Below, piece after piece: positions 1 through 12,440 of a DNA stretch of 64,000 bases; position 1 is the stretch's first letter; every line of letters starts with the position of its first letter. This stretch comes from Octopus sinensis. Taxonomy: Eukaryota. Both the position numbers and the translations under genes were made by a program. The stretch lies in NCBI RefSeq assembly GCF_006345805.1, contig NC_043014.1, positions 9,300,001 through 9,364,000 on the forward strand, given 5' to 3'. The notes below the pieces were generated by a model. That model made no database searches. It was not told the DNA's origin and saw only the letters and a program-made list of their open reading frames with translations.

Positions 1-530
1 ATGAATGTTGTATATATGTATCTATGTATGAATGTTGTATATATGTATGTATGTATGCTGTATGTATGTATGTGTGTGTGTATCTATGTATGTATGATGT
101 ATGTATGTGTGTGTGTATCTATGTCTGTATGTATGTATGTATGTGTGTGTGTGTGGTATGTATTATGTATGTATGTATGTATGTTTGTATGTATGTATGG
201 GTGTGTATGTATGTATGTATGAATGTATGTATATAGTATGAATGTATGTATGTATGTATGTATGTATGTATGTATATATGTATGTGTGTATGTATATATG
301 AATGTATGTGTATGTATGTATGCATGAATGTATGTGTATGTATGTATATATGTATGAATGTATGTATATATGTATGTATGTAAGTATGTATATATGTATG
401 TATGTATGCATGTATGTATGTATGTGTGTGTGTATCTATGTATGTATGTATGTATGTATGTGTGTGTGTATCTATGTATGTATGTATGTATGTATGTGTG
501 TGTGTATCTATGTATGTATGTATGTATGTA

Positions 531-561
<31 letters not shown>

Positions 562-756
562 ATGTATGTATGTTTGTATGTATGTATGGGTGTGTATGTA
601 TGTATGTATGAATGTATGTATATATGTATGTATGTATGTATGAATGTATGTATATATGTATGTGTGTATGTATATATGAATGTATGTATGTATGTATGCA
701 TGAATGTATGTATATATGTATCTATGTATGATGTATGTATTATGTATGTAAGTATG

Positions 757-790
<34 letters not shown>

Positions 791-1393
791 TGTGTGTGTA
801 TCTATGTATGTATGTATGTATGTATGTATGTGTGTGTGTATCTATGTATGTATGTATGTATGTGTGTGTGTATGTATGTATGTATGTTGTATGTGTGTGT
901 GTGTATGTATATGTATGTATGTATGTGTGTGGTGTATGTATGTATGTATGTATGTATGTATGTATGTTGTATGTATGTATGGGTGTGTATGTATGTATGT
1001 ATGAAGTATGTATATATGTATGAATGTATGTATGTATGTATGAATGTATGTATATATGTATGTGTGTATGTATATATGAATGTATGTATGTATGTATGCA
1101 TGAATGTATGTATATATGTATCTATGTATGAATGTATGTATATATGTATGTATGTAAGTATGTATATATGTATGTATGTATGCATGTATGTATGTATGTG
1201 TGTGTGTATCTATGTATGTATGTATGTATGTATGTATGTGTGTGTGTATCTATGTATGTATGTATGTATGTGTGTGTGTATGTATGTATGTATGTATGTA
1301 TGTATGTATGTGTGTGTGTGTTGTATGTATGTATGTATGTATGTGTGTGTGTGTATGTATGTATGTATGTATGTATGTGTGTGTGTATGTATG

Positions 1394-1426
<33 letters not shown>

Positions 1427-1470
1427 GTGTGTGCATGTATGTATATATGTATGTATGCATGTAGTATCTG
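1..1470. repeat. Complex (ATGT)n/(GT)n microsatellite with ~390-bp higher-order periodicity
   Basis: Direct reading; rare variant landmarks GGGTGTG recur at 199, 588, 981 and TAAG at 381, 749, 1155. Confidence 0.95.
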
Positions 1471-1493
1471 TGTATAATTTGTTTGTATTCATA

Positions 1494-1552
<59 letters not shown>

Positions 1553-1644
1553 GTATCTATCTATCTACCTATCTATCTATCTATCATCTATCTATCTATC
1601 TATGTATCTATCTATCTACCTATCTATCTATCTATCTATCTATA

Positions 1645-1714
<70 letters not shown>

Positions 1715-1739
1715 TATCATCTATCTATCTATCTATCTA

Positions 1740-1813
<74 letters not shown>
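1494..1813. repeat. (ATCT)n microsatellite
   Basis: Direct reading. Confidence 0.97.
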
Positions 1814-1984
1814 CCCAGGAAACAGTCTGCGATGATAATTTCTGTAAAGTAAATTAACATACCAAACATCTTTCCCTCAACTTCCTTTTGTTTTGGTGAT
1901 CTTTCTTAAATTTGGAGACTGTCTCTAAAAATAGTTGATGCCACCTAAGATAATTGAATAAGAATCGAAGATAAGTAAAGGAAA

Positions 1985-2158
1985 GTGATAACGAGAGAGA
2001 GATTGAGAGAGAAATAGATATATATAGATAGATAAAGAGAGAGAGAGAGAGAGAGAGAGGGAGAAAGGGAGAAACAGACAGGCAGATAGACACATTTAGA
2101 AAAGGGAGAGAAAGAGAGAGAAATAGATAGAGATAGATAGATAGATAGAATGAGAGAG

Positions 2159-2192
<34 letters not shown>

Positions 2193-2540
2193 AAACAGAC
2201 AGACAGACAGATAGACACATATAGACAAGTGAGAGAAAGAGAGAGAGAAGAGAGAGCTATAGAGATAGAGATGAATAGATAGATAGAGAGAGAGAGAAAC
2301 AGACAGACAGATAGACACATATAGACAAAGGAGAGAAAGAGAGAGAGAAATAGAGATAGAGATGAATAGATAGATAGATAGATAGATAGATAGACATACA
2401 GACAGACAGACAGATAAATAGATAGATAGATAGATAGATAGATAGAGGGAGACATAGATATATATAGAGAGAGAGAAACAGACAGATAGACACATAGAAA
2501 AAGGAGAGAGAGAGAGAGAGAGAGAGGGGACTGGATAGAG
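1985..2540. repeat. (GA)n/(GATA)n/(GACA)n mosaic microsatellite
   Basis: Direct reading; GAAACAGAC landmark at 2071, 2192, 2296, 2475. Confidence 0.93.
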
Positions 2541-3177
2541 AAAAGACACAGACTTGGCGGTTATATCGTGAGAATTCATAACGGTTGCGTGACATGGTTT
2601 TCATCTACTAACAGTAATTTTTGGTCATTTTCATATGATATTATCTAAACAGGAAACGGACGGAGGCAGCGGTGATTAAAAAAGAAAAAATTTCTTAAAT
2701 TCCAAATTATGATTTCAAATGTGTAGATTTCCGTAACAAAGAATTATCATATCAAAATTGAATTGGCTTTCATAGCAATACGCAGAAGTGATAACACCTC
2801 GTGCAGGAGATGTCAGACTACCGTAGTATAAATATTGCGATTGATTAATCAGATGAACTGAAGCTTGTAGCGTTATGTGCTCGGCTCTAACATAGCAGCG
2901 TGATGAGGAGAGATATTTGTATGTTATTTGAAATTTCCCTTAGACAAAATTGTATGGCTAAAAACCATTAACATTTATAGATGCCGAATATGAAGTATCT
3001 AGATGATTCAGGTGTATAGAAATAGAGGAGACACAAAACACTGAACCATATGTGAAATATATAAAGACGATGTAGGGTATATATATATATATATATATTA
3101 TCGTTAATTAATACACATCACTTATTATGACATACAGGAAAGAATAAATACACACACACATATATTCTGTTATGCTT

Positions 3178-3512
3178 TAACTTGTTTCAGTCATATGAAG
3201 AAGTCGAACAGAGGAATTTTTCCTTGTAAGATTGGTACTTATTATATCGGTTTTCTTTTGTCAAACTGCTATTTTAAAAGGGACGTAAACACACCAGCAT
3301 CGGTTCTCAAGCGAAGGTGTGTGTGGGGGGGGGGCAAAAATAGGCACACAGACACACGTGCACGAATACATACATACATACATGCATATACACACACACA
3401 TATATGTGGGAGTGGAAAAACAAGAGGACACTCAAAACACACACACACACACACGACGGGCTTCTCTACCAAATCGACTCACAAAGCTTTAGTTGGCCCG
3501 AGGCTATAGCAG
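3178..3512 (-). mobile_element. tRNA-derived SINE family A, degenerate copy lacking the head
   Basis: Reverse complement matches family A body (GCCTCGGGCCAACTAAAGCTTTGTGAGT...GGTGTGTTTACGTCCC...ACTGAAACAAG). Confidence 0.8.
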
Positions 3513-4149
3513 AAGTCTGATTTCCACTTTTTATTATTATTGCAATTACAAAAGAAATGTTTACATTATTGAACTGTGTTAAACATTAAACAAATATTTT
3601 ACAATGTACATAAAGTTCAATTATTGCTTTCATACGCTGGTAGTAATCATCAGATTTCAAAATATATTTAAGAGACAGCTGAGCTCTTGACAACCGTAGT
3701 AAAATGATTGATACATTTTAGAAGGCTCGACAAGCTGAATTTTTCGAATGCGGGTTTGACCAATCCGCATGCAGGGTTAAACATCAGGGTTGCCGGGCGC
3801 ACCCACATTATTGGCATATATCCGCCTTTATTTTGACCAGTTAGCTTGCAGTTTACATGTAAGGATTTTATGAGTAAGCAAACTTAGTTGGTTTCAATCG
3901 TTTTTACTTCTATTGGTGGGCGTCTTCTGTAATTTGTTTATATTCATATGTCAGAGATAATTTTTTTAAACCCAGATCGTTAACTGGTTGTTATATTATT
4001 GTCGTTATATCTGTTCAGAACGGATTTGAATATTTTAATCTTTCTTCTAACAGATTGTATGTACGAAGAAAATCGTATGTTTATTTTATATCACTAATTA
4101 AAAAAAAAATCCAACAATTTTCCTTATATTTAATGCTTAAAATCTGACA

Positions 4150-4199
<50 letters not shown>

Positions 4200-4564
4200 T
4201 GCCGAAGTTGCGTCTCGCCTTCACCTTCATAGCAATATAAAGTGGAGTAGATGAAACATGGCGACTGAAGAACGGTAATTTTCCTTGTGTTATTTGTCCT
4301 GTACTCTATTTCTTCGTTGTTTCAGAAAAATGTCCATTTCCTTGGTTTTGTGTTTATGTTTTCGTTTCTCATTGTGTTCGACGTTTTTTTTGTGTCCTGT
4401 ACCCATATATGCATGTATATATACATGTAGATGTAGGTACGTACATATATGTATGTATATATGCATATGTTTTATTTATTAATTTGTTATTACACGACAG
4501 AACGCACTCATCCATTTCTAAGTAAGTTTGTTCTATATATAGATATATATATTTATATATATAT

Positions 4565-4605
<41 letters not shown>

Positions 4606-5400
4606 CATATGAATACATATGTATACAGATAAACATAGGTAGATAGATAGATACATACATACATGGACACATACATGCACGCACACACGTATATACGAGA
4701 AAGTTGGTGAAAGAATGTCCGTTTTCTCCTCACTGTTTCTTTATTATGTGGCGATAAATTCTCCTTCGAAGCCATTAGGCTGCTGTTTATTGTATATTAA
4801 GTTACTTTTAAATCTCTTTTTCCTCACCCCATGGAATATTCTGCTGCTTCTATTGCTCCCGTAACACTCACTTGTTTCTGGCTCTCTCGAACCTTATCAT
4901 TTATTCTTTCCGTTTCTCCTTTACTTTTCTCTTTCCCACAATGTACCCTGTCCCAGTTTCATTCTCTCCCCCTTTGTTCTTTTTACCGTATTTACCCTCT
5001 CTGCTTCCGGTTCTCTTTCTCTCCGTTTAAAAATCTGTAGCTAATCGATTGCTTTAGTTGGAGAGTGTTACATTATATCACCTCTCATACATATGGGAGT
5101 ATGCCTGTTAAATTTAACAGGTTTGATATTAAGTAGGTGGCTCTGTAATCTTCATGATGGAAAGAGGAAAGATATTCTTAATTATTCTAATGGAAATATC
5201 TCTCAACATGAAGGAATTCTGTCCCAATCATTTATTCATGAAATTCTCTCAAATTCTTTTTTTCTGAACTTGTGACTTCAAGTGGTATTTAGGGAACGTA
5301 TTTGTGTTCTTCCTCAAGTTTTTACTTGATATATTTCTGTAATATTTAAGTTTGGTATCCATACGCCTTTGAAGAATTATTCAGTACTACTTTATGGATT

Positions 5401-5681
5401 GTGGAGGCACATGGCCTAATGGTTAGAGCAGCGGACTCGCGGTCGTGGGATCGCGGCTTCGAATCTGATACCGGGTGATGTGTGTGTTTATGAGCGGCTC
5501 CGGCAGAAGGTAATGGCGAACTTCTGCTGACTCTTTCGCCACAACTTTCTCTCACCCTTTCCTCCTGCATCTAGCAGCTCACCTGCGACGGACCGGCGTC
5601 CCGTCCAGGTGGGGAACCTATACGCCAAGAAACTGGAAAACCGGCCCTAAGAGCCAGGTGTGGGTCGAGAAGGAACAAACA
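5401..5681 (+). mobile_element. tRNA-derived SINE family C (centre X, tail 1), full length
   Basis: A-box-like TGGCCTAATGG, B-box-like GCTTCGAATC, AACA tail; 12-bp TSD ACTTTATGGATT at 5389-5400 and 5682-5693; homologous to 61801-62108. Confidence 0.9.
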
Positions 5682-5719
5682 ACTTTATGGATTAGCATAA
5701 AATGTATTTACACACATGC

Positions 5720-5801
<82 letters not shown>

Positions 5802-6081
5802 CGAACTTATCTGTGTTTCTTGTAAATTTCAATAACAATCTGTTCCTCTACACGATATGACAGTCACTTTGCTTCTTACTCGGATTCTCAGAAATTTCGC
5901 ATGACTGTATCCAAAATTTCTTCACATAACTTGATTAACAATTCACTTTGGACATGCACAAATTCTGTAAGTTCTAGACCTTTCATCGGATCTCCAGGAA
6001 TCGAACTTTCTTCAATGCAGTTAAACTTACACCCTCATTTATATCTACCCCTTTTGATGTTTGGGAATCTCTGATGTTTTT

Positions 6082-6169
6082 TTTCGGCTGACGAGTACGA
6101 GCCATCTATATTTACTGCATTTTTTGTAGCTTATTAAAGATGTCCTCGTACGAAACAATTGTACCGAGA
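6082..6169 (+). ncRNA. Type I hammerhead ribozyme, canonical core, palindromic helix III (PLE-type)
   Basis: Helix I TTTCGG/CCGAGA; core CTGACGA 6088-6094; helix II GTACGAG/CTCGTAC; GAAA 6152-6155; helix III palindrome ACAATTGT; GUA triplet, predicted cleavage after 6163. Confidence 0.85.
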
Positions 6170-6750
6170 TTTTAATCCATTCTTGTTACTTTTTTCCTAT
6201 ATATATATATATATGTAGGTATTTATATGTATGAATGTATCTATTTATCTCTATATATGTATATATGCATATATGTGTGTGTGTATGTGTGTGTATTCAT
6301 TTAGATATTTATTGTAAGTTTCCCTTACACATATCTAACATATGCACTACAGAAATAAATTTTGTCTTTCTTCACATATGTCCCAATTACTTTAATATTT
6401 TTATTGCGAGTGTATTGAACACTCATTTCTGGTGCTTTTCCACTTACTTTCCGTCTTTCCGTTCAACGACTTTCATGGACAACCTTTCTGTAGTTATAAT
6501 TAGGTCTTCATGTGTAAACTATTACAATACCTTGTTTATCCTAGATTTTAGCGTCTCTAACTATAGTTTGGATCCTCTACTAAACCACAAATACTACAAA
6601 CTTATGACTGACGAAAATTTTTTAAGTATCAGATTCCATCATCATTAGCTTTATTCGTTAGTGGTAAATTTTTATATATTTATAATAAAATATTACGAAA
6701 ATGTACTTGCATAGCAAGTGATATGATCTGAGATCGTGTGCTGAAGCGAA

Positions 6751-6891
6751 AACTATTGCAGCGTGGAAGGTGTTTGTAAGCCATTTAAGAAACACACATT
6801 TTGACAAATTAAACTTAAATGTTGAAGTGAATCGAACGACTTTTGTGTGTTTCTTAAATGGTTTACAAACACCTTCCACGCTGCAATTGTT
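6751..6891. repeat. Near-perfect fold-back (44-bp arms, 45-nt spacer)
   Basis: 6755-6798 vs reverse complement of 6844-6887: one mismatch (G.T-compatible). Confidence 0.92.
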
Positions 6892-7000
6892 TAAAATAAA
6901 ATATTTGTCTTTCAACCAAATACATCTGCCGACAATTGAATCTACATTAATGATAATACTTCAGCATTACATCACATTTGAGACGGTGAGCTGGTAGAAA

Positions 7001-7345
7001 GGCGGCGAGCTGGCAGAATCGTTAGCACGCCGGGCTAACGGTTCTGCGTATTTCGTCTGCCGTTACGTTCTGAATTCAAATTCCGCCGAGGTCGACTTTG
7101 CTTTTCTTCCTTTCAGGGTCGATAAAATAAGTACCAGTTACGCACTGAGTCGATATAATCGAGTGTAAGGCTTAGGGGCGTTTTGTTCGTCTTTACGTTC
7201 TGAGTTCAAATTCCGCCGAGGTCGAATGTGCCTTTCCTCTTTCTGGGTTCGAAGAAATAAGTACTAATAGAAAACCGGCATCGATATAATGGATTTATGC
7301 CACCCGTAAAATTGCTAGTCTTGTGCTAAAATTTGAAACCATCAT
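7001..7345 (+). mobile_element. SINE family B, head plus two partial body units
   Basis: Head GGCGGCGAGCTGGCAGAATCGTTAGCACGCCGGG; body motif GA(G/A)TTCAAATTCCGCCGAGGTCGA twice. Confidence 0.85.
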
Positions 7346-7867
7346 TATTACCCAGGTAGCGTCTATATTTCCGGCAATGGCTATCAGTATATTAACACTT
7401 GGAACCATTAGAATCTGCTTTAGCATTATTCACCAGTTTTGTAATAATTTAACGGTGAATGTAACCGATACTGACTGATATCCACCTATCTGGTGTCAAG
7501 ACATTTAATTTGTTTCAATTTCGATTTAATTTGTTTATAATTTTAAAGTAAGTATTGAATTTACGATACAAAATGAAACGGTTAATTGATTAACCTTTAT
7601 TAAATTTATATTACTACAGTTAATTTTGTTACAACTTGTTCATTACCACTTCTAATTAAAGAGAATATCATATTTTGCATTATAGGATATATTTCATGGC
7701 TTTTCCTTTTCAAATTTAATAAAAATTGATTTCTTCATAATTTTGATGAAATAATATTTCATCGAAATGTGTAGCGTATTAAATTTTCGTAAGAACGTAC
7801 AGTTTAGCTTACATATATTTCAGCTGTATCATCCGAAAATTTAATAGTTAACAAAACGTTAATGTAT

Positions 7868-8280
7868 GAGTGACTGTGTGGTAAGCTTGCTTACGAACCA
7901 CATCGTTTGGGGTTCAGTCTCACTGCGTGGCACCTTGGGCAATTGTTTTCTACTATAGCCTCTGGCCGACCAAAGCCTTTTCAGTGGATTTGGTAGACGG
8001 AAACTGAAAGAAGCCCGTCGTATATATGTGTATAAATATGCGTGTGTGTGTGTATGTGTGTATATATATTTGTGTGCGTGCTTGTCCTCCCAGCATTGCT
8101 TGATAAACGATGCTGGTGTGTTTACGTCCCCGTAACTTAGCGGTTCGGCAAAAGAGACCGATAGAATAAGTACTAGGCTTACAAAGAATAAGTCCTGGTG
8201 TCGATTTGCTTGACTAAAGGTGGTGCTCCAGCATGGCCACAATCAAATTACTGAAACAAGTAAAAGATTAAAAGAGTAAT
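7868..8280 (+). mobile_element. SINE family A
   Basis: TGTGTGGTAAG head, GGTTCAGTC B-box-like, CORE-like CACCTTGGGCAA, internal (TA)/(TG) tract, GTAAAAGA tail. Confidence 0.9.
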
Positions 8281-8514
8281 ATGCAAATTAGTTGGTTACA
8301 GCACACCGTCCAGTCCTTAAGGCGTATTGTGAGTTCTATACCTTAACGTCTTACCTGAACGATGTCAGCAGAGTGCATGCAGATAGTGGAGAACCCCATG
8401 CAGGGCAATCAAAGGATAAAGGCCAAAGTAATATGAATAACGCCTGCATATAGATAAAATTGCCTTGACGTTGGGTCAAAGCCGCTAATTACAAAAATTT
8501 TATCCCCCATCGCT

Positions 8515-9440
8515 TAATGTATGTAATAATGTATGTAATAATGTATGTAATAATGTATGGAATAATGTATGTAATAATGTATGTAATAATGTATGTAATA
8601 ATGTATGTAATAATGTATGTAATAATGTATGTAATAATGCATGTAATATGCATGTAATAATGTATGTAATATGTATGTAATAATGTATGTAATAATGTAA
8701 TGTAATAATGTATGTATAATGTATGTAATAATGTATGTAATAATGCATGTAATAATGCATGTAATAATGTATGTAATAATGTATGTAATAATGTATGTAA
8801 TAATGTATGTAATAATGTATGTAATAATGTATGTAATAATGTATGTAATAATGTATGTAATAATGTATGTAATAATGCATGTAATAATGTATGTAATAAT
8901 GTATGTAATAATGTATGTAATAATGTATGTAATAATGTAGGTAATAATGTATGTAATAATGTATGTAATAATGCATGTAATAATGCATGTAATAATGTAT
9001 GTAATAATGTATGTAATAATGTATGTAATAATGTATGTAATAATGTATGTAATAATGTATGTAATAATGTATGTAATAATGTATGTAATAATGTATGTAA
9101 TAATGTATGTAATAATGTATGTAATAATGCATGTAATAATGCATGTAATAATGTATGTAATAATGTATGTAATAATGTATGTAATAATGTATGTAATAAT
9201 GTATGTAATAATGTATGTAATAATGTATGTAATAATGCATGTAATAATGTATGTAATAATGTATGTAATAATGCATGTAATAATGTATGTAATAATGTAT
9301 GTAATAATGTATGTAATAATGTATGTAATAATGTATGTAATAATGTATGTAGTAATGTATGTAATAATGTATGTAATAATGTATGTAATAATGTATGTAA
9401 TAATGTATGTAATAATGTATGTAATAATGTATGTAATAAT
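8515..9440. repeat. 12-bp minisatellite (GTAATAATGTAT)n, ~77 units, with GCAT variant units
   Basis: Direct reading; 4-aa periodicity of the translated frames. Confidence 0.97.
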
Positions 9441-9504
9441 CACACCCAGTAAGTATGATCATGCTTGCAAAATAGCATTTTTAAAATGGAAAAAAAAAAT
9501 TACT

Positions 9505-9725
9505 CTTTTACTTGTTTCAGTCATTTGACTGCGGCCATGCCGGAGCACCGCCTTTAGTCAAAAAAATCGACCCCAGGACTTATTCTTTGTAATCCTAGTA
9601 CTAATTCTATCGGTATCTTATGCTGAACTGATAAGTTACGGGGACGTAAACACACCAGCATCGGTTGTCAAGGGATGTTGGGGGGACAAATACAGACTCA
9701 CAAACACACACACACACACACACAT
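9505..9725 (-). mobile_element. SINE family A, 3' half
   Basis: Reverse complement of family A 3' half ending TGACTGAAACAAGTAAAAGAG. Confidence 0.88.
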
Positions 9726-9879
9726 ATAAATAAATCATCCATGAAAATAATTGAAAATTGAAAATAAACAAGAGCTCTGAGAGACAGCACCCTACACTTG
9801 AGAACGGTGTAGAAAAGACTTTAATGTCTTATATTCCATTGGGATCGAAGAACATAAGTAAATGAACAGGGTGAGTGGT

Positions 9880-10212
9880 AAGAAGCACCTTTGGAGATGA
9901 ATGACCATGGGATTGCCCATAAGAAGTCCACCTCCGAGGTACAAGTCTAGGTAAGATTGCTTATGAAAGACCAGCCTTCGACCATGTATGTTAGTCTCCC
10001 CTCCCCTTTTCGCGCCACTGATGTTATCCAAGGGAAAGGCAAAGGGCCCGATACAGCTTCGCACCAGTGACGTCGCAAATTATTTCTACAGATGGGTCAG
10101 CTGGAGCAGTGTGAAATAAAGAGTCTTGCTCAAGAACACAACACACAGCCTGTTCCAGGAGTGGAAATCACTATCACATGAGTTTGTGCCTGAGGCTCTA
10201 TCGACTGAACCA
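9880..10212 (-). mobile_element. tRNA-headed SINE (centre Y, tail 4), degenerate
   Basis: Homologous to 10595-10925; centre module CTTGAGCAAGACTCTTTATTTCACACTGCTCCAGCTGACCCATCTG. Confidence 0.7.
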
Positions 10213-10219
10213 AGTGGAT

Positions 10220-10385
10220 ATATGTGTATGTGTGTGTGTGTGTGTCTGTGTGTGGGTATGGATGTATATATACATACACATAAACACGCACATATATATA
10301 TGTATGTATATATATATATATATATAATATATATATATATTATATATATATATATATATATAATATATATATATATATACATATT

Positions 10386-10422
<37 letters not shown>

Positions 10423-10497
10423 GTATATATATAGATATATATATATATATATATAATATATATATATATATACATATATTTCCATACATAAATATAA

Positions 10498-10558
<61 letters not shown>

Positions 10559-10590
10559 TTCCATACATAAATATGTATATATATATAATA
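10220..10590. repeat. (TG)n/(TA)n microsatellite
   Basis: Direct reading. Confidence 0.95.
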
Positions 10591-10594
10591 TAAA

Positions 10595-10925
10595 GGGTAA
10601 AGACCCTCCGATCATAATGACAATGAGATTGCCCCTTGAATGTTACCCACGAAGGCCCAAATCCGGGAAAAGTTGTTTATAGAAGACCAGCAGTTACCCA
10701 TGCATACCAGCCTCCCCTCTCCATGTCTCCGCGCCACCGATGTTATCCAAGGGAAAGGCAAAGTCCGATAGAGCTTCGCAATAGTGACGTCACTACTCGT
10801 TTCTACAGCTGAGTGAACTGGAACCACGTGAAATAAAGTGTTATGCTGCAGAACACAACTCACGGGCCGATCTGTGAATCGAACTCATAACCTTATGCTT
10901 GACTACCCGACGCTCTAACCTCTGA
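10595..10925 (-). mobile_element. tRNA-headed SINE (centre Y, tail 4), degenerate
   Basis: Shares GATGTTATCCAAGGGAAAGGCAAAG and GTGAAATAAAG blocks with 9880-10212; B-box-like GTTCGATTC on minus strand. Confidence 0.72.
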
Positions 10926-11712
10926 GACATAACGAATCAGTTAATTGGTTACATTATTACATACATTATTACATACATATTCATTTATCCAGTACGTTTT
11001 AACAAAATATCACTAACACATACATTTCTCGCTGATGAAACACAGCCTTATATACAACGACAGATTCCTCACAAATACATGTTCAATACATTTCTATTTT
11101 ATAGATCTAATTAAATCTAACATACTCAGCTACATATATACACATATATATTGTAACCACTTTCTATATCACTCATATTATTTTAATTTAATCCGTATTA
11201 ATGCTAGCTTGTAATTACTTATAGTCTACCATATATTTCAATGAACTAACGTTAAAACATTTTCTTTTAAGTTCGGAGCATATAGTGTTGAAGTTTTGGT
11301 TAATCACAGCTTTGACTGGAATGATTTCATATTAGATGTTTACTTAAAACAGCATTAAATCGTAGGCAAAGAATTACACTGTCTGGTCACATAAGATTTC
11401 TTCAAGAGAGTAAAAGGGAGACAGGGATAGTGATAGAGATGGAGAGAGAATGTCAGGCAGACAGTAAAATCGGCAAAGAGACAGAGAGGCACAAATACGT
11501 TGAGACAGAGAGAGAGAGAGAGAGAAGAGCGAAATACAAGTCCAGAGAAGAAATGAGAAATAACAAATCCAGTATTCGATTGTTACTTTATGCATAAACG
11601 TCGTAAAAGCAGAAATGGCCGAAATAAATTCCGTGCAATTTAAATTACACTGGTATTGGAACAAGTGATACGTTATTCAATAGAAAACATATATAAATAC
11701 TAAAAAAAAAGA

Positions 11713-11915
11713 GGTGGCGAGCTGGCAGAAACGTTAGCGTGCCGGGCGAAATGTTTAGCGGTATTTCGTCTGTCGTTATGTTCTGAGTTCAAATTCCGCC
11801 GAGGTCGACTTTGCTTTTCATCCTTTCGGGGTCGATAAATAAAGTACCAGTTTTGCAACTGGGGTCATTGTGATTCCTTTGTCCTTGTTTAGCCCCCTGT
11901 GGGCAGTAAAGAAAT
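11713..11915 (+). mobile_element. SINE family B, single unit with internal deletion
   Basis: Head plus body, ends GCAGTAAAGAAATA. Confidence 0.87.
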
Positions 11916-11984
11916 ATACATACGTACATACATACATACATATGTACGTACGTGAACAAGAGAGACAGTGACGCTCTTGTAATC

Positions 11985-12440
11985 CGAAGGTGCAAATGCA
12001 TCTGTAGGCTATGTCATGTTTCTGTGGAAGACATTACACATGTGATTAGTAGCTGTCCTAAAATGTCGTCGCGGTACTAGCTCCCTATGTTGTTGCTAAA
12101 ATAATTTACAATGGCATCCGGAAATTATAGTCCTGAAATAAACTTATAAATTCCCTCTGGTATGGAATACATTAATAAACACCAACTCATGCAATACTGG
12201 TGGAATATTCCCATCAAAACTTCTGTCATATGTAAGCATAACAGGCCGGATATTGTTGTTTGGAACAGAGGGACAAAGGTATGTACCATCATAGAGGTCA
12301 GCTGTCCTGCAGATATAAATGTCTCTTTGAAAATCAAAGAAAAAGAGGATATCTATGGACAACTGCTTCTAAACCTTCAGCTTCTATATCCAGACTATGA
12401 ATTCATATCCATACCAGTAATAATTGTTGCACTAGATTTC
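11985..12440 (+). mobile_element. 3' fragment of an RLE-clade non-LTR retrotransposon (R4/Dong-like): CCHC knuckle plus restriction-like endonuclease
   Basis: Translation CRLCHVSVEDITHVISSCPK (C-X2-C-X7-H-X4-C) then WWNIPIKT...NRPDIVVW...CTIIEVSCPADINV...KE...IPVII (PD..D/E motif); interrupted by stops. Confidence 0.85.

Noticed and set aside
1-2579. Long ORFs (MYVC-, HTYI-, IYLS-, SLSL-rich) in the ORF track
   Set aside because: Translations of microsatellites lacking stops in several frames; the same applies at 8.5-9.5, 16-17.5, 23-24.3, 26.6-27.2, 44.6-45 and 60.4-61.1 kb
3595-3660. Minus-strand CTGATGA...GAAA hammerhead candidate
   Set aside because: Helix II base mismatched and no helix I partner or NUH in register
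5401-5480. tRNA genes at SINE heads (also 36478, 61801, 19772)
   Set aside because: A/B-box-like motifs only; no complete cloverleaf, and they continue into SINE bodies with TSDs
6235-6648. Possible PLE ADKG-region fragment
   Set aside because: Similarity too weak on either strand to support
8500-9528. 193-320-aa repeat ORFs in four frames
   Set aside because: Artefact of the 12-bp unit; no non-repetitive coding context
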